Shown in pieces: positions 18,148 to 27,828 of a stretch of 64,000 bases of DNA. The notes under the pieces were generated by a model. That model searched no databases and was not told where the DNA came from. It worked only from the letters and a program-made list of their open reading frames with translations. A program made the translations under genes and the position numbers. The stretch is from a virus, in the IMG/VR virus record IMGVR_UViG_3300025711_000007, positions 15,785 through 79,784 of that record; one strand, written 5' to 3'. Every line of letters starts with the position of its first letter. Position 1 is the first letter of the stretch.

Positions 18148-18774
18148 GTGGCGTCCGCGTCGTCGACGTTCACCGGCACGGAGAACCCGCTCAGCGAGGG
18201 CGGGGCCTGGGCCACGCCGTCCGCCTTCTGGGGCTCCCTGCGCAAGGCCAACGGGGCCGGCGTCGCGGCGGTGAACACCGAGAGCGGGATGCGGTACGTC
18301 GCGGCGACGTTCACCGCTAACCAGTTCTCGCAGATCGTGCTCGCGTCGGTGCCGGCCGGCGCGCAGCTCTACTTCCAGTACGTCAACGTCCGGATGAACG
18401 CGACGGCCGGTCTGTACCAGGTCGCGACGTCGTCCGAGACCGGGCCGAACATCCTGCAGCTGTACGTCGTGTCGGACGCCGGCGCGTTCACGCAGATCGG
18501 GGCGGACATCACGACGCCGTCGAACCTGGCCGCCGGCAACGTGGTCCGGCTCGAGGTGGTCGGCACGACGCTGACGGTCAAGGTCGACCAGGGGAGCGGG
18601 TTGACCACGCTGCGCACCGCGACGGACTCGACGTTCTCGACCGGGCAGCCTGGGCTCGGAGGGTGGGCGCAGTCCGGATCCGACGTCCTGTTCACCACGA
18701 GCTGGTCGGCCGGCGACGTCGGCGGGCCTCCGCCGTTCACGGGCCGGACGCCGAGCTACATGTTCTCCATCTGA
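18148..18774 (+). CDS. Putative virion lectin-like beta-sandwich protein
   Basis: GNVVRLEVVGTTLTVKV...ATDSTFSTGQPGL ConA-like pattern. Confidence 0.6.
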   Translation: MASASSTFTGTENPLSEGGAWATPSAFWGSLRKANGAGVAAVNTESGMRYVAATFTANQFSQIVLASVPAGAQLYFQYVNVRMNATAGLYQVATSSETGPNILQLYVVSDAGAFTQIGADITTPSNLAAGNVVRLEVVGTTLTVKVDQGSGLTTLRTATDSTFSTGQPGLGGWAQSGSDVLFTTSWSAGDVGGPPPFTGRTPSYMFSI

Positions 18775-18787
18775 AGGAGGGTGCGCG

Positions 18788-19258
18788 ATGCCTCGCTGCT
18801 ACACCGTTAACCTGACGCCGACCTCGATCTCAGCCGCGACGGTCGACCTGATCGCGGTGCGCGCCGGGACCGACGTCCCGATCAAGGTCCGCGCGCTCCG
18901 CGTCTGGCAGACCAGCGACTTCGGGGACGCGCAGGACGAGGTCGTCACCCTCCAGCTCGTCCGCGGCAACACGACCGCCGGGTCCGGCGCGACCCCCCCG
19001 ACGCCGGTGCCGAAGGACAAGAAGGACGCGGCGGCGAGCTTCACCGCGCGCACCGCTGACTCGACCGCGGCGAGCGCCGGCACGACGGACGTCCCGTACA
19101 CCACCGGGTGGAACGTGCGCGCGCCGTTCGAGATGATATTCCCCGACGAGATGATGGCGCGCGGCGACCAGGCCGGCGGGTTCATCGTGCTCCGGCTCGG
19201 GGCGGCGCCGACCGACGCGCTGGTGATCGGCGCGTCGATGGACGTCATCGAGGGCTGA
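18788..19258 (+). CDS. Putative virion structural protein
   Basis: AAGGAGG SD; beta-rich. Confidence 0.65.
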   Translation: MPRCYTVNLTPTSISAATVDLIAVRAGTDVPIKVRALRVWQTSDFGDAQDEVVTLQLVRGNTTAGSGATPPTPVPKDKKDAAASFTARTADSTAASAGTTDVPYTTGWNVRAPFEMIFPDEMMARGDQAGGFIVLRLGAAPTDALVIGASMDVIEG

Positions 19259-19265
19259 CCCTGTC

Positions 19266-22200
19266 GTGTCCTTTTTCTCCCCGCCGCCTCTGCCGCCGCG
19301 ACGCCGGCCTGGTCCGCCGCTCGGTGTCCAGAGCTCGGTGGACGGGGTCGGCGCGATCACCGGGTCTGGCGACCTGGCCGGCGCGTCGGCGCCGCCCGGC
19401 GCTGGCGCGCTGACCGGCTCCGGGACCCTGGCCGGCGCCGGCGCGGCGCTGGCCGCCGGGGCGGGCGCCCTGACCGGGTCCGGCACGCTGGCGGGAGCTG
19501 CCGCCACGTTCCCGCTGTCGGTGTCCGCCAACGGGCGCTACCTTGTGCAGGCCAACGGGACGCCGTTCCTGATCTGCGCCGACGCGACGTGGTCGATCTT
19601 CGTCGACATCCCGCTCGCCGGGCTCAGTTCGTTCCTCGGGACGATCGCCGCCCAGGGGTTCAACGCGGTCTCCGGCAACGCGATCGAGCACCACTTCTCC
19701 GTCGTCAAGCCACCCAAGGAGCGCGGCGGCCTCCTGCCGTTCACGCAGCGGATGGACGGGACGTCGTACACGGGGTCCCCGAACGGGACGACCGGGGCGT
19801 CCGGCACCCAGGGCCAGTTCGCTAGCGACAACTATAGCAACATAAGCAACCAGGCTCCGGACTGCACGTTCGTCAACAACAGCTACTGGGTGGTGCTGGA
19901 GACGATCCTCGACGCATGCCTCGCGAACGGGTTGCTCGTGTTCGTGTGGCCCGGGTACCTCGGGTTCAACGCCGGCGACGAGGGCTGGGCCGGCGAGATG
20001 GTGGCGTGGGACGCGGTCACCGGGGCTGGCGGCTTCACCGGGCAGCCGTTCGCCGACCCGACCAAGACGAAGATGTGGAACTACGGCGCGTGGCTCGCCG
20101 CGCGCTGGAAGAACTACGGCAACATCATCTGGGTGATGGGCGGGGACTACGGGTCCGGGACGCACCCGCTCACGGGCCCGCAGTCGGCGGCGGCGAGCAA
20201 CCTGATGGCGGGGATGAAGTCGGTGGCGGGGCAGCAGTCGCTGCTGTTCACGGGTCACTGGGACCGTTCGTCGCTGTCGACGGACACGGCGTTGGCCGCC
20301 GGGTCGTTCGACGTCAACGGGTGCTACTCCGACGACGCGACCGCCGAGCTCGCGCGGCGTGGGTACGCCGCGTCGCCGACCAAGCCCGTCGTCGGGCTCG
20401 AGGCGTACTACGAGGACAGCGCGGTCGGCGGCAGCGCGCCGTGGAGGAAGTACCTCTACTGGCAGTTCGTCGGCGGGATCGCGGGCGGCTTCTTCGGTAA
20501 CGAGCAGCTGTGGAGGTTCGACGACGGAACCCCGGGCACCGACTACACCACGCTGCTCTCGACCCAGTCGACGAACGACGCCGTGCGGCAGTTCTCGCTG
20601 TGGCGGACGCTGCCGTGGCACCGGCTGAAGCCGTCCGGGCTCGGAGGCATGGGCACGCTGATCACCGCGGGTGGAGGCACGGCGAGTCCGCAGTCGACCG
20701 ACTACGTCGCGGCGGCGGCGACGTCGGAGGGTGACCTGCTGGTCGCCTACGTCCCGCCAGCGCACACGGGGACGATCACGGTGAGCATGACCGTGATGGC
20801 AGCGTCCGCGCGGGCTCGCTGGTTCGACCCGACCAACGGGACCTTCACGCAGATCGGCGTGGTCGCCAACACGGGGACCCACGTCTTCACCCTCCCAGGG
20901 ACCAACAGCGCCGGCGACGCCGACTTCCTGCTCGTGCTCGACACGCCGGCCGGCGCGCTGACCGGCTCCGGGACCCTGGCCGGCGCCGGCGCGGCGCTGG
21001 CCGCCGGGGCGGGCGCCCTGACCGGGTCCGGCACGCTCGCCGGGGTTGGCGCCGCCTCGGCTGCTGGGTCTGGGACCCTAGCCGGGTCCGGCACGATCGC
21101 CGGGGTCGGGGCTGCCTCGGCCGCCGGCGTCGGCAGTGTCACCGGGTCCGGAGACCTCGCGGGGACCGGAGCCACCGTGATCCCGGGGTCCTCCGCGCTC
21201 GCCGGCTCCGGCACGATTGCTGGAGTCGGCGCCGAGCTCGCGGCCGGCGCTGGCGCGCTGACCGGATCGGGCACGATCGCCGGGGCCGGCGCGTTCGTGC
21301 TGCCGGGAGCCGGGGCCGGCAACCTGACCGGCTCCGGGACCCTGGCCGGCGCCGGCGCGGCGCTGGCCGCCGGGGCGGGCGCCCTGACCGGGTCCGGCAC
21401 GCTCGCCGGGGTCGGGGCGGCGCTCGTCGCCGGCGCGGGCGCGCTGACCGGATCGGGGACGCTCGCCGGGGTCGCGGCCACGACCGCGCCCGGAGCGGGC
21501 GTGATCACCGGGTCCGGAGACCTGGCCGGCGCCGCCGTCGTGCCCGCGGCGGGGTCCATCGTCGGCTCCGGCACGATCGCGGGCGTTAGCACCAGCACCC
21601 CTGCTCCCGAGGTACAAACGAACATGCCGCCAGCTCCGGTGACCCCGTCGAACCAGCCGGCTGCGTCGGCGGTCATCAGGCAGACGTCGTCGCGGTTCAG
21701 CTCGGTGTTGTCCCTCGACGACCTGACGCCGAGGTACCTGCAGGACAACTACCTCACCGGGTTCACCATCACCGGGTCCGACGGCCAGCCGCTCCCGCCG
21801 AAGTTCTATGAGGACAAGATAGCCGACGCCATAGCGAAGCTGGAGAGCGTGACGCACATCGACGTCTTGGAACGAGACGTCACCGGAGAGAAGCACGACT
21901 ACCACACGAACGACTACCTCAACTACGCGTACCTGCAGCTGTTCCGCACCCCCTGCCAGTCCATCAGCCAGGTCCGCGCGGTGTACCCGACGGGGCAGGT
22001 GATCCAGGTGTTCCCGTCCGAGTGGGTGCGCGTCTACGTCGAGCACAGCCAGATCCACCTCGTCCCGACCTCCGGCTCCCTCGCCCAGGTGATGCTCGGC
22101 GGCGGCAACGGGTACCTGCCGTTCATCTTCGCCGGCCTGTCGTACCTGCCGAACCTGTGGGAGGTCGACTACGTCTCCGGGTTCCGTGTGGACGGGGTCC

Positions 22201-22484
22201 CGCGGGAGGTCGTGAGCGCCGTCTGCAAGCTCGCCGCGATCGAGGTGCTGACCATCGCGAGCGACCTCGTCGGGCCGCTCGGCATCGCGTCTACCAGCCT
22301 CGGCATCGACGGCATGTCGCAGTCGATCGCCCGGCAGCTGCCGGCCTTCAAGGCGCGGATCGACCAGTACCGGGTCGACCTCGGCATCCCGGGCCCGGCG
22401 CTCGGGGTCGACCCGAAGTACACCACCGGAGAGATCGGGCAGCTCCGCCGCACCTACCTCGGCATGGTAGCGGTGAGCGTCTAG
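19266..22484 (+). CDS. Head-tail adaptor fused to DUF4038/apiosidase-like glycoside hydrolase and Gly/Ala/Thr repeats
   Basis: VSANGRYLVQANGTPFLICADATWS, NIIWVMGGD, KPVVGLEAYYE, ARWFDPTNG...DFLLVL (GH plus C-terminal beta domain); final ~260 aa EKHDYH..DY..YAYLQL, FPSEWVRV, SLGIDGMSQS typical of A511-type neck adaptor. Confidence 0.8.
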   Translation: MSFFSPPPLPPRRRPGPPLGVQSSVDGVGAITGSGDLAGASAPPGAGALTGSGTLAGAGAALAAGAGALTGSGTLAGAAATFPLSVSANGRYLVQANGTPFLICADATWSIFVDIPLAGLSSFLGTIAAQGFNAVSGNAIEHHFSVVKPPKERGGLLPFTQRMDGTSYTGSPNGTTGASGTQGQFASDNYSNISNQAPDCTFVNNSYWVVLETILDACLANGLLVFVWPGYLGFNAGDEGWAGEMVAWDAVTGAGGFTGQPFADPTKTKMWNYGAWLAARWKNYGNIIWVMGGDYGSGTHPLTGPQSAAASNLMAGMKSVAGQQSLLFTGHWDRSSLSTDTALAAGSFDVNGCYSDDATAELARRGYAASPTKPVVGLEAYYEDSAVGGSAPWRKYLYWQFVGGIAGGFFGNEQLWRFDDGTPGTDYTTLLSTQSTNDAVRQFSLWRTLPWHRLKPSGLGGMGTLITAGGGTASPQSTDYVAAAATSEGDLLVAYVPPAHTGTITVSMTVMAASARARWFDPTNGTFTQIGVVANTGTHVFTLPGTNSAGDADFLLVLDTPAGALTGSGTLAGAGAALAAGAGALTGSGTLAGVGAASAAGSGTLAGSGTIAGVGAASAAGVGSVTGSGDLAGTGATVIPGSSALAGSGTIAGVGAELAAGAGALTGSGTIAGAGAFVLPGAGAGNLTGSGTLAGAGAALAAGAGALTGSGTLAGVGAALVAGAGALTGSGTLAGVAATTAPGAGVITGSGDLAGAAVVPAAGSIVGSGTIAGVSTSTPAPEVQTNMPPAPVTPSNQPAASAVIRQTSSRFSSVLSLDDLTPRYLQDNYLTGFTITGSDGQPLPPKFYEDKIADAIAKLESVTHIDVLERDVTGEKHDYHTNDYLNYAYLQLFRTPCQSISQVRAVYPTGQVIQVFPSEWVRVYVEHSQIHLVPTSGSLAQVMLGGGNGYLPFIFAGLSYLPNLWEVDYVSGFRVDGVPREVVSAVCKLAAIEVLTIASDLVGPLGIASTSLGIDGMSQSIARQLPAFKARIDQYRVDLGIPGPALGVDPKYTTGEIGQLRRTYLGMVAVSV
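19404..19489 (+). repeat. 86-bp direct repeat, copy 1
   Basis: Identical to 20952..21037. Confidence 0.95.
20952..21590 (+). repeat. Repeat array encoding GAGALTGSGTLAG-type units (includes repeat copies 2 and 3)
   Basis: 20958..21046 identical to 21324..21412; further degenerate units. Confidence 0.92.
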
Positions 22485-22486
22485 CG

Positions 22487-23299
22487 ATGGGCGGCGTGAC
22501 CAAGGGCGGGGGCGTCGCTCGAGGGGGAGGGATTCGGATCTCCGTCCCGTCGCCGACAGGCGAGTGGAACCCGCAGTGGCAGGACAACGTCGTCGACTTC
22601 GACCGCGACCAGTTCACCCGGTTCATCGCGGACAAGGGGTACGACGTGGTCTGGGAGAAGGCCGTGCTGTGCCCGAACGTGCCAGGCACCGGGTTGTCGC
22701 CGCGCGACCACGTGATCGGGTGCCCGGTCTGCGGCGGTGGCGGGTTCATCTACGTCGACCCGCAGCCGACGAAGATGCTGATGCAGGGGATCCGGCTCAA
22801 CCAGAGCTTCTTCGCGTACGGCCGCTGGGACGTCGGGAACATGCTCGTGACGGCAGAGCCGGAGTTCACCATGGACTACTTCGACAGGCTGACCCTGCAG
22901 AACGGCGTCGGGCGGTTCACGCAGCGCCTGGTCCGCCAGCCCGGGGTCGCGGCGGACAAGCTCAAGTACGCGCCGCTGTGCTTCCACCACGTCGCGTGGG
23001 TCGACCGATCCGGGACGCTCGTCTCGTTCGCGGACGGTGTCGACTTCCGGACCTCGGCGGACGACTCGTCGGTCGAGTGGCTCGGTCCGGTTCAGCCCGA
23101 CGCCGGCAGCTTCTACACCGTGTGCTACGACTACCGACCGCGGTACGTCGTCCTCGACCTCGTCCACCACCATCGCGACTCCACCATCGAGGGTCAGCAC
23201 TACCAGTTCCCGGTGCAGGCGGTGGCGAAGCTCGACTACCTCACGCGGAACGAAGGTGCAGATGCGCGTCAAATTGTCGATAAGAATCCCTTCGAGTAG
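22487..23299 (+). CDS. Neck/head-closure protein
   Basis: WEKAVLCP...CPVCGGGGFIY motif; follows adaptor as in Herelleviridae. Confidence 0.8.
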   Translation: MGGVTKGGGVARGGGIRISVPSPTGEWNPQWQDNVVDFDRDQFTRFIADKGYDVVWEKAVLCPNVPGTGLSPRDHVIGCPVCGGGGFIYVDPQPTKMLMQGIRLNQSFFAYGRWDVGNMLVTAEPEFTMDYFDRLTLQNGVGRFTQRLVRQPGVAADKLKYAPLCFHHVAWVDRSGTLVSFADGVDFRTSADDSSVEWLGPVQPDAGSFYTVCYDYRPRYVVLDLVHHHRDSTIEGQHYQFPVQAVAKLDYLTRNEGADARQIVDKNPFE

Positions 23300-24035
23300 C
23301 AGAGGGTTCCTCGCGGACAAGGTGTCGCGCGCGTACGCGCGCGCCGTAGTCGACGTGGCCGGACCGCGGATCGCGTCCCTCGTCCGCGACCGGGCGTCCG
23401 CGGCGGCGGACAAGCTGGCTATGGGCTTCGCGCCGCAGTACAAGGCGGCGCTCGCCGGCGCCGACGCCGTGGTCGTCACGGAGAAGGCGGTGACGATCAC
23501 GGTCACTGACCCGATCGTGGTCGCGGCCGAGCGCGGCGCCCCGGCGTTCGACATGAAGGCGAAGCTGCTCTCGCGCGGGAAGCCGAGCAAAAGCGGCGGC
23601 GTCTACGTGGACGTCCCGATTCGCCACAAGCCCGGATCGGTCCCGCAGGCGATCCGCACGGCGGGCCGCCGGGCGGCCAGGAGCTCCGGTGGCGTCGGCC
23701 AGGTCAGGCTACCGGCGAGGACCGAAGGTAGGGTATTCACGCGCGCGCTCCACCGCGGTCCGGTCGCCCAGGCGATCGGGGTCGCGCCGAAGAAGCAGGA
23801 GGTCAAGCACAAGCGCGGTGTCCACGACGACCTCGTGCGCAGCGCGACCCGGAAGCGGGGAGGTGGGTTGGTGGTGCGGTATACGACCATACGCAGGATA
23901 TCGTCGCGCAGCGCGGCGTCGTCGTGGTGGCACCCGGGGTTCAAGGCGCGCCACGTCCTCGACGAGGTGCTGCCGCGATCGCGCCGGGAGATCGCGGCGA
24001 TCATCCGCGACGCGATCGCGGCGAGGAGCGCGTGA
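23262..24035 (+). CDS. Neck/tail completion protein
   Basis: FDMKAKLL..GGVYVDVPIRH, YTTIRRISSRS..SSWWHPG; basic; synteny. Confidence 0.72.
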   Translation: MRVKLSIRIPSSSRGFLADKVSRAYARAVVDVAGPRIASLVRDRASAAADKLAMGFAPQYKAALAGADAVVVTEKAVTITVTDPIVVAAERGAPAFDMKAKLLSRGKPSKSGGVYVDVPIRHKPGSVPQAIRTAGRRAARSSGGVGQVRLPARTEGRVFTRALHRGPVAQAIGVAPKKQEVKHKRGVHDDLVRSATRKRGGGLVVRYTTIRRISSRSAASSWWHPGFKARHVLDEVLPRSRREIAAIIRDAIAARSA

Positions 24036-24775
24036 TGTCGGACACGGTGTCGAGCCCGAGCAGCAACTTCACGGTCCCGCAGACGCAGCCGGCCGGGCTG
24101 CGCATCCCGGAGTTCGCCATCCGCCAGCTCATCGGGTGGGCGATCGGGCGGGTGAGGGAGAAGATCGGGACGCCCGACGACGTCGTCGACCAGCTGTTCG
24201 CGTTCGTGCCTCACGACACGCGCGAGCAGTTCAAGCAGTGGCTGCTGCAGAACCAGAACATATATCTGGACGTAAGTTGGCCGAGGGACCCGGTAAGTCT
24301 GGCGATGATCGTTGTGGAGCCGCAGTCAGAAGCGGAAGACACCACCAGCACGTTTCTTGGCGACTCTGTCGGCACAACGATCCGCGGGCAGTTCAGCGGA
24401 CAGACAGTTACAGAATCGCTCGCGTACGGAATTCCAGAGATACATAACACCAACATATACATCGCGTCGGACGACGATAGATTGACGCTGTTCTTGTACA
24501 CGCTCGTGAAGTTCATCGTGCTTCACAACAAAGCGTCGCTCGATCGGTTCTACGACGTCCACAACCTTAGCTTGTCGGGCGGCGTGCTGGAGCACGACAC
24601 CGACAGGATGCCGCAGTTCGTGTACTACAGGGTGCTGCAGGCCCGCTACATGACCATCTTCGACTTCAACGGCGACGCGAGCAGCGCGATCGCGTCCGTC
24701 AGCTTGGGGCTCAGCGTCGCTGAGTTCATCGACGGCGAGGAGGTCGATACCGTCGTCGAGCCGTCGGTGACCTGA
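24035..24775 (+). CDS. Tail terminator-like protein
   Basis: TGATG coupling; position before sheath. Confidence 0.68.
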   Translation: MSDTVSSPSSNFTVPQTQPAGLRIPEFAIRQLIGWAIGRVREKIGTPDDVVDQLFAFVPHDTREQFKQWLLQNQNIYLDVSWPRDPVSLAMIVVEPQSEAEDTTSTFLGDSVGTTIRGQFSGQTVTESLAYGIPEIHNTNIYIASDDDRLTLFLYTLVKFIVLHNKASLDRFYDVHNLSLSGGVLEHDTDRMPQFVYYRVLQARYMTIFDFNGDASSAIASVSLGLSVAEFIDGEEVDTVVEPSVT

Positions 24776-24848
24776 TGTAGGCGCCGCGGCCGTGGTAAAT
24801 GTGCCGAGGGCCCCGCGGTTTTTTGATGTAGGATAGGAGCTGAACTCC

Positions 24849-25136
24849 ATGCCGCAAGACAGCCAGGACGACAAGGAGAAACCCGCCGCGGTCGGTCGCA
24901 CGTACCGCGACGAGGTGGCTTCGCCGATCACGACGCCCGAGGCCGTCGCCGCGCGCCAGGTGCGCCAGGCGAGGTACCTGGGCCCTGACGCGGTGACCAT
25001 CCAGGTCTACTTCGTGGTCAAGCAGATCAACAACGTGATCCTCCAGGCGAGCATGCTCGCCTATACAGACGTGCGCACCGCCAGCGTCAGTGAGTTCGAT
25101 GAGATTTTCGCCAACCACCACGAGGTGAAGTCTTAA
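24849..25136 (+). CDS. Small hypothetical protein preceding sheath
   Basis: AGGAG SD; TAATG coupling to sheath. Confidence 0.7.
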   Translation: MPQDSQDDKEKPAAVGRTYRDEVASPITTPEAVAARQVRQARYLGPDAVTIQVYFVVKQINNVILQASMLAYTDVRTASVSEFDEIFANHHEVKS

Positions 25137-26956
25137 TGACCACGCAAGTCATGTTCAATGGTCAGGTCATCGTTCGTCCTGGCGCGTACACGCAGATCGA
25201 CGCGTCGCAGTTCCAGAGCACGGTGCTGCAGGGGCTCGGCATCGTCGGCCTGATCGGGGAGGCGGACCAGGGCCAACCTCGGGTCCCGCTGTCGTTCCTG
25301 GCACCGGCCGACGTCAGGAAGGCGTACGTGTCCGGGGACCTCGTCGAGGCCGCCGCGATGGTAGCTGACCCGAGCGGCGACCCTCGCGTCCCGACCGGGG
25401 CGCAGCAGATCGTCTGCTACAAGGTCAACGGCGGGACGCGGTCGACCGTGACCAGCGCGCCGTTCACGTTCACGTCTCTGCAATGGGGCATCCTGCAGAA
25501 CAACATCACCGTGGCGGTGGCGGTGAGCTCCCCGGGGTTCGTCGTCACGGTCACGAACCTCGACGCGTTCGGCGCCCTCATCTCCGAGGTCAGCACGGTC
25601 GTCGGCGGTACGGGCAAGTTCACGGTCCAGTATACCGGCGCCGGCTCGGCCGCGACGATGACGATCAACGCCACGACGCTGACCACGACCGTCACGGGAG
25701 CCGCCGCCGACAACCTCAGCCTCAGCTTCGCTGATTACCCGACGCTGTCGCTGTTGCTGCAAGCCATCTCGGCGACCGGCAAGTACGCGGTGACCGCGTT
25801 GGTCACCAACAGCAACAGCTTCGCGAGCGGCCAGCTCGACGGGGTGACGGCGGTCGACATCAAGACGGCGCTGACCACCGTGTTCGCGAAGAACGCGGAC
25901 ATCGTCAACTGGGTCAACGCGAACAGCCAGCAGATCAGCGCCACGTCCACGGCGGGGGCGGTGGCGTTCACCGGGCCGCTCGCCGCGACCCAGCTGACCG
26001 GAGGGACGCGCGGCACGTCGACGAACACCAACTGGGCCGACGGGTTCACCGCGCTGTCGAACGTCCGGATCAACCAGACGATCCCGCTCGCGTCCGCCGA
26101 CGCCGTCACCGCCCAGGGCACCTTCACGATCGCGTCGATCGCGAGCGCCGCCGTGGCGTACGCGAAGCTCGCGAGCTCCACGGCGGGCCAGAACGAGGTC
26201 CAGGCGTGGATCGGCGTGAGCCAGAACAAGACGACCCTCATCGCGACGGCCAACGCGCAGAACAGCGAGCACCTCGAACTGTTTGGGCAGCGGGTGCAGC
26301 GCACCGCCAGCGTCGGTGGTCAGACGTACATCGGCGGGTCACTCCTCAACTACACCGCCGGCCAGAGCATCTTTTTCCCGGAGTGGGCGACGGCGTGCGT
26401 CGCCGCCGGCATGCGCGCCGGCGCGCCGCTGGGCGAGCCGCTCACCTGGAAGTTCGCCAACGTCACCGGCGTCAGCAGCGACGCCACGTGGTCCGAGCAG
26501 AACAACACCGACGTCGTGGCGATGGAGCTGAACGGCGTCTGCGTGGTCAACCAGGTGCGTGGTCGCGGGTTCCGGTTCGACAAGATGATCACCACGTACA
26601 CGCGGTCGAACAACGACGCGTACACCGAGGAGATCATCGTCCAGGGGTGGAAGCTCGTGGCGTTCAACCTGCGCCAGGCGCTGCAGGACGCGTTCGTCGG
26701 CCGCGGCGGGTCGCTGCAGCGGGTGTCAACCGTCCCGGCGGTCGTCGCCACCGTGATGCAGCCGTTCAAGGACGCCGGCCTGATCACCGACAGCACCGCG
26801 AACGGTCAGCGCGTCAACGCGTGGCGCAAGGTCAACTGGTCCCTCAGCGGTGACCAGCTGAGGGTCGACGTCACGGTCACCATCACCCCGGGCATCAACT
26901 ACGTGCTCACCACGATCGTCCTCGTCCCCGCCCAGATCAGCGGCGCGGCGGCGTAG
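25136..26956 (+). CDS. Tail sheath protein
   Basis: RPGAYTQID, GLIGEADQGQP, SGDLVEAA, GEPLTWK, ITTY, LRQALQDAFVG, PGINYV. Confidence 0.95.
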   Translation: MTTQVMFNGQVIVRPGAYTQIDASQFQSTVLQGLGIVGLIGEADQGQPRVPLSFLAPADVRKAYVSGDLVEAAAMVADPSGDPRVPTGAQQIVCYKVNGGTRSTVTSAPFTFTSLQWGILQNNITVAVAVSSPGFVVTVTNLDAFGALISEVSTVVGGTGKFTVQYTGAGSAATMTINATTLTTTVTGAAADNLSLSFADYPTLSLLLQAISATGKYAVTALVTNSNSFASGQLDGVTAVDIKTALTTVFAKNADIVNWVNANSQQISATSTAGAVAFTGPLAATQLTGGTRGTSTNTNWADGFTALSNVRINQTIPLASADAVTAQGTFTIASIASAAVAYAKLASSTAGQNEVQAWIGVSQNKTTLIATANAQNSEHLELFGQRVQRTASVGGQTYIGGSLLNYTAGQSIFFPEWATACVAAGMRAGAPLGEPLTWKFANVTGVSSDATWSEQNNTDVVAMELNGVCVVNQVRGRGFRFDKMITTYTRSNNDAYTEEIIVQGWKLVAFNLRQALQDAFVGRGGSLQRVSTVPAVVATVMQPFKDAGLITDSTANGQRVNAWRKVNWSLSGDQLRVDVTVTITPGINYVLTTIVLVPAQISGAAA

Positions 26957-26971
26957 GAGAGGAGCTGACAG

Positions 26972-27454
26972 ATGGCACGCACCGCGCTCCCGCTAGGCCA
27001 AGGCACCCGCGTCATATCCGGCGCTCGGTGCGTGTTCCTGTTCAACGGCGAGATCGTCGGATTCGCGTCCGGCGTGTCGGGGTCCGAGGAGATCCAGTAC
27101 GAGCCGGTCGACACGCTCGACCACCTGGAGGTGCGCGAGCACGTCCCGGTCGGGTACCGGGTCACGCTCGGCGCGCAGCTGTTCCGCACCGTGTCTCAGG
27201 GCGCGAGCGACGATGTCAACGCCCCCGGGTCGCTGAAGCAGCAGCAGATCTTCCCGAAGTTCGACCAGATCTTCCGCATCCAGGGCGTCGACGCGGTCAT
27301 CCAGGACCACCAGGTTACGGGGAAGATCCTCCACCAGTTCCAGACGGTGAAGACGTCGAGCTACAACTTCAACATCACCCCGCGCGGCATCGTCGGCCAG
27401 AACGTCAACTTCGTCGCGATCCGGGCGCTCGACGAGTCCGAGGTCCAGCCGTGA
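26972..27454 (+). CDS. Tail tube protein
   Basis: Follows sheath; GEIVGFASGVS, EHVPVGY, GQNVNFVAI. Confidence 0.9.
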   Translation: MARTALPLGQGTRVISGARCVFLFNGEIVGFASGVSGSEEIQYEPVDTLDHLEVREHVPVGYRVTLGAQLFRTVSQGASDDVNAPGSLKQQQIFPKFDQIFRIQGVDAVIQDHQVTGKILHQFQTVKTSSYNFNITPRGIVGQNVNFVAIRALDESEVQP

Positions 27455-27828
27455 GCGATGACGGCAATAAGGACGTAGTCAAGATCGTCGACACCAAAGA
27501 CGACAAAGCCGTCTCGTTCACGAAGTCGTTCACCGTGACGTGGACGAACGCCGAGACCGGGATCGTCAACGTCGGGACGTTCACGGCGACGCGTCCCGGC
27601 CTCGGCGCCATGGGTCAGATCGCCGTCTACAAGGCGAAGCTGAATGGCGGCGAGAAGGTCGACCCTATGACCGACATCATGCATCAGATGATGGCGGACC
27701 TGCACTACATCCTGACGGATGTCCCGGCTTGGTGGAAACCGAGCGAGTTCTTCACCGCTAGCCCACTGCGTGACGTGTGGGACCACGTGGTGGCGTGGTC
27801 GAGCACCTTTCGAGCACGCGTGGGGTGA
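27451..27828 (+). CDS. Tail assembly chaperone (G-like)
   Basis: Between tube and tape measure; GTFT...VPAWW; ends ...STFRARVG. Confidence 0.8.
   Translation: MSDDGNKDVVKIVDTKDDKAVSFTKSFTVTWTNAETGIVNVGTFTATRPGLGAMGQIAVYKAKLNGGEKVDPMTDIMHQMMADLHYILTDVPAWWKPSEFFTASPLRDVWDHVVAWSSTFRARVG

Noticed and set aside
19340-21590. Repeat array as a CRISPR array or diversity-generating retroelement
   Set aside because: Repeats are in-frame coding units without unique spacers or adenine-specific variation; no cas or reverse transcriptase gene in the window
24784-24825. Possible intrinsic terminator before the sheath operon (GC-rich stretch then T6)
   Set aside because: No convincing hairpin directly before the T-run; left unannotated
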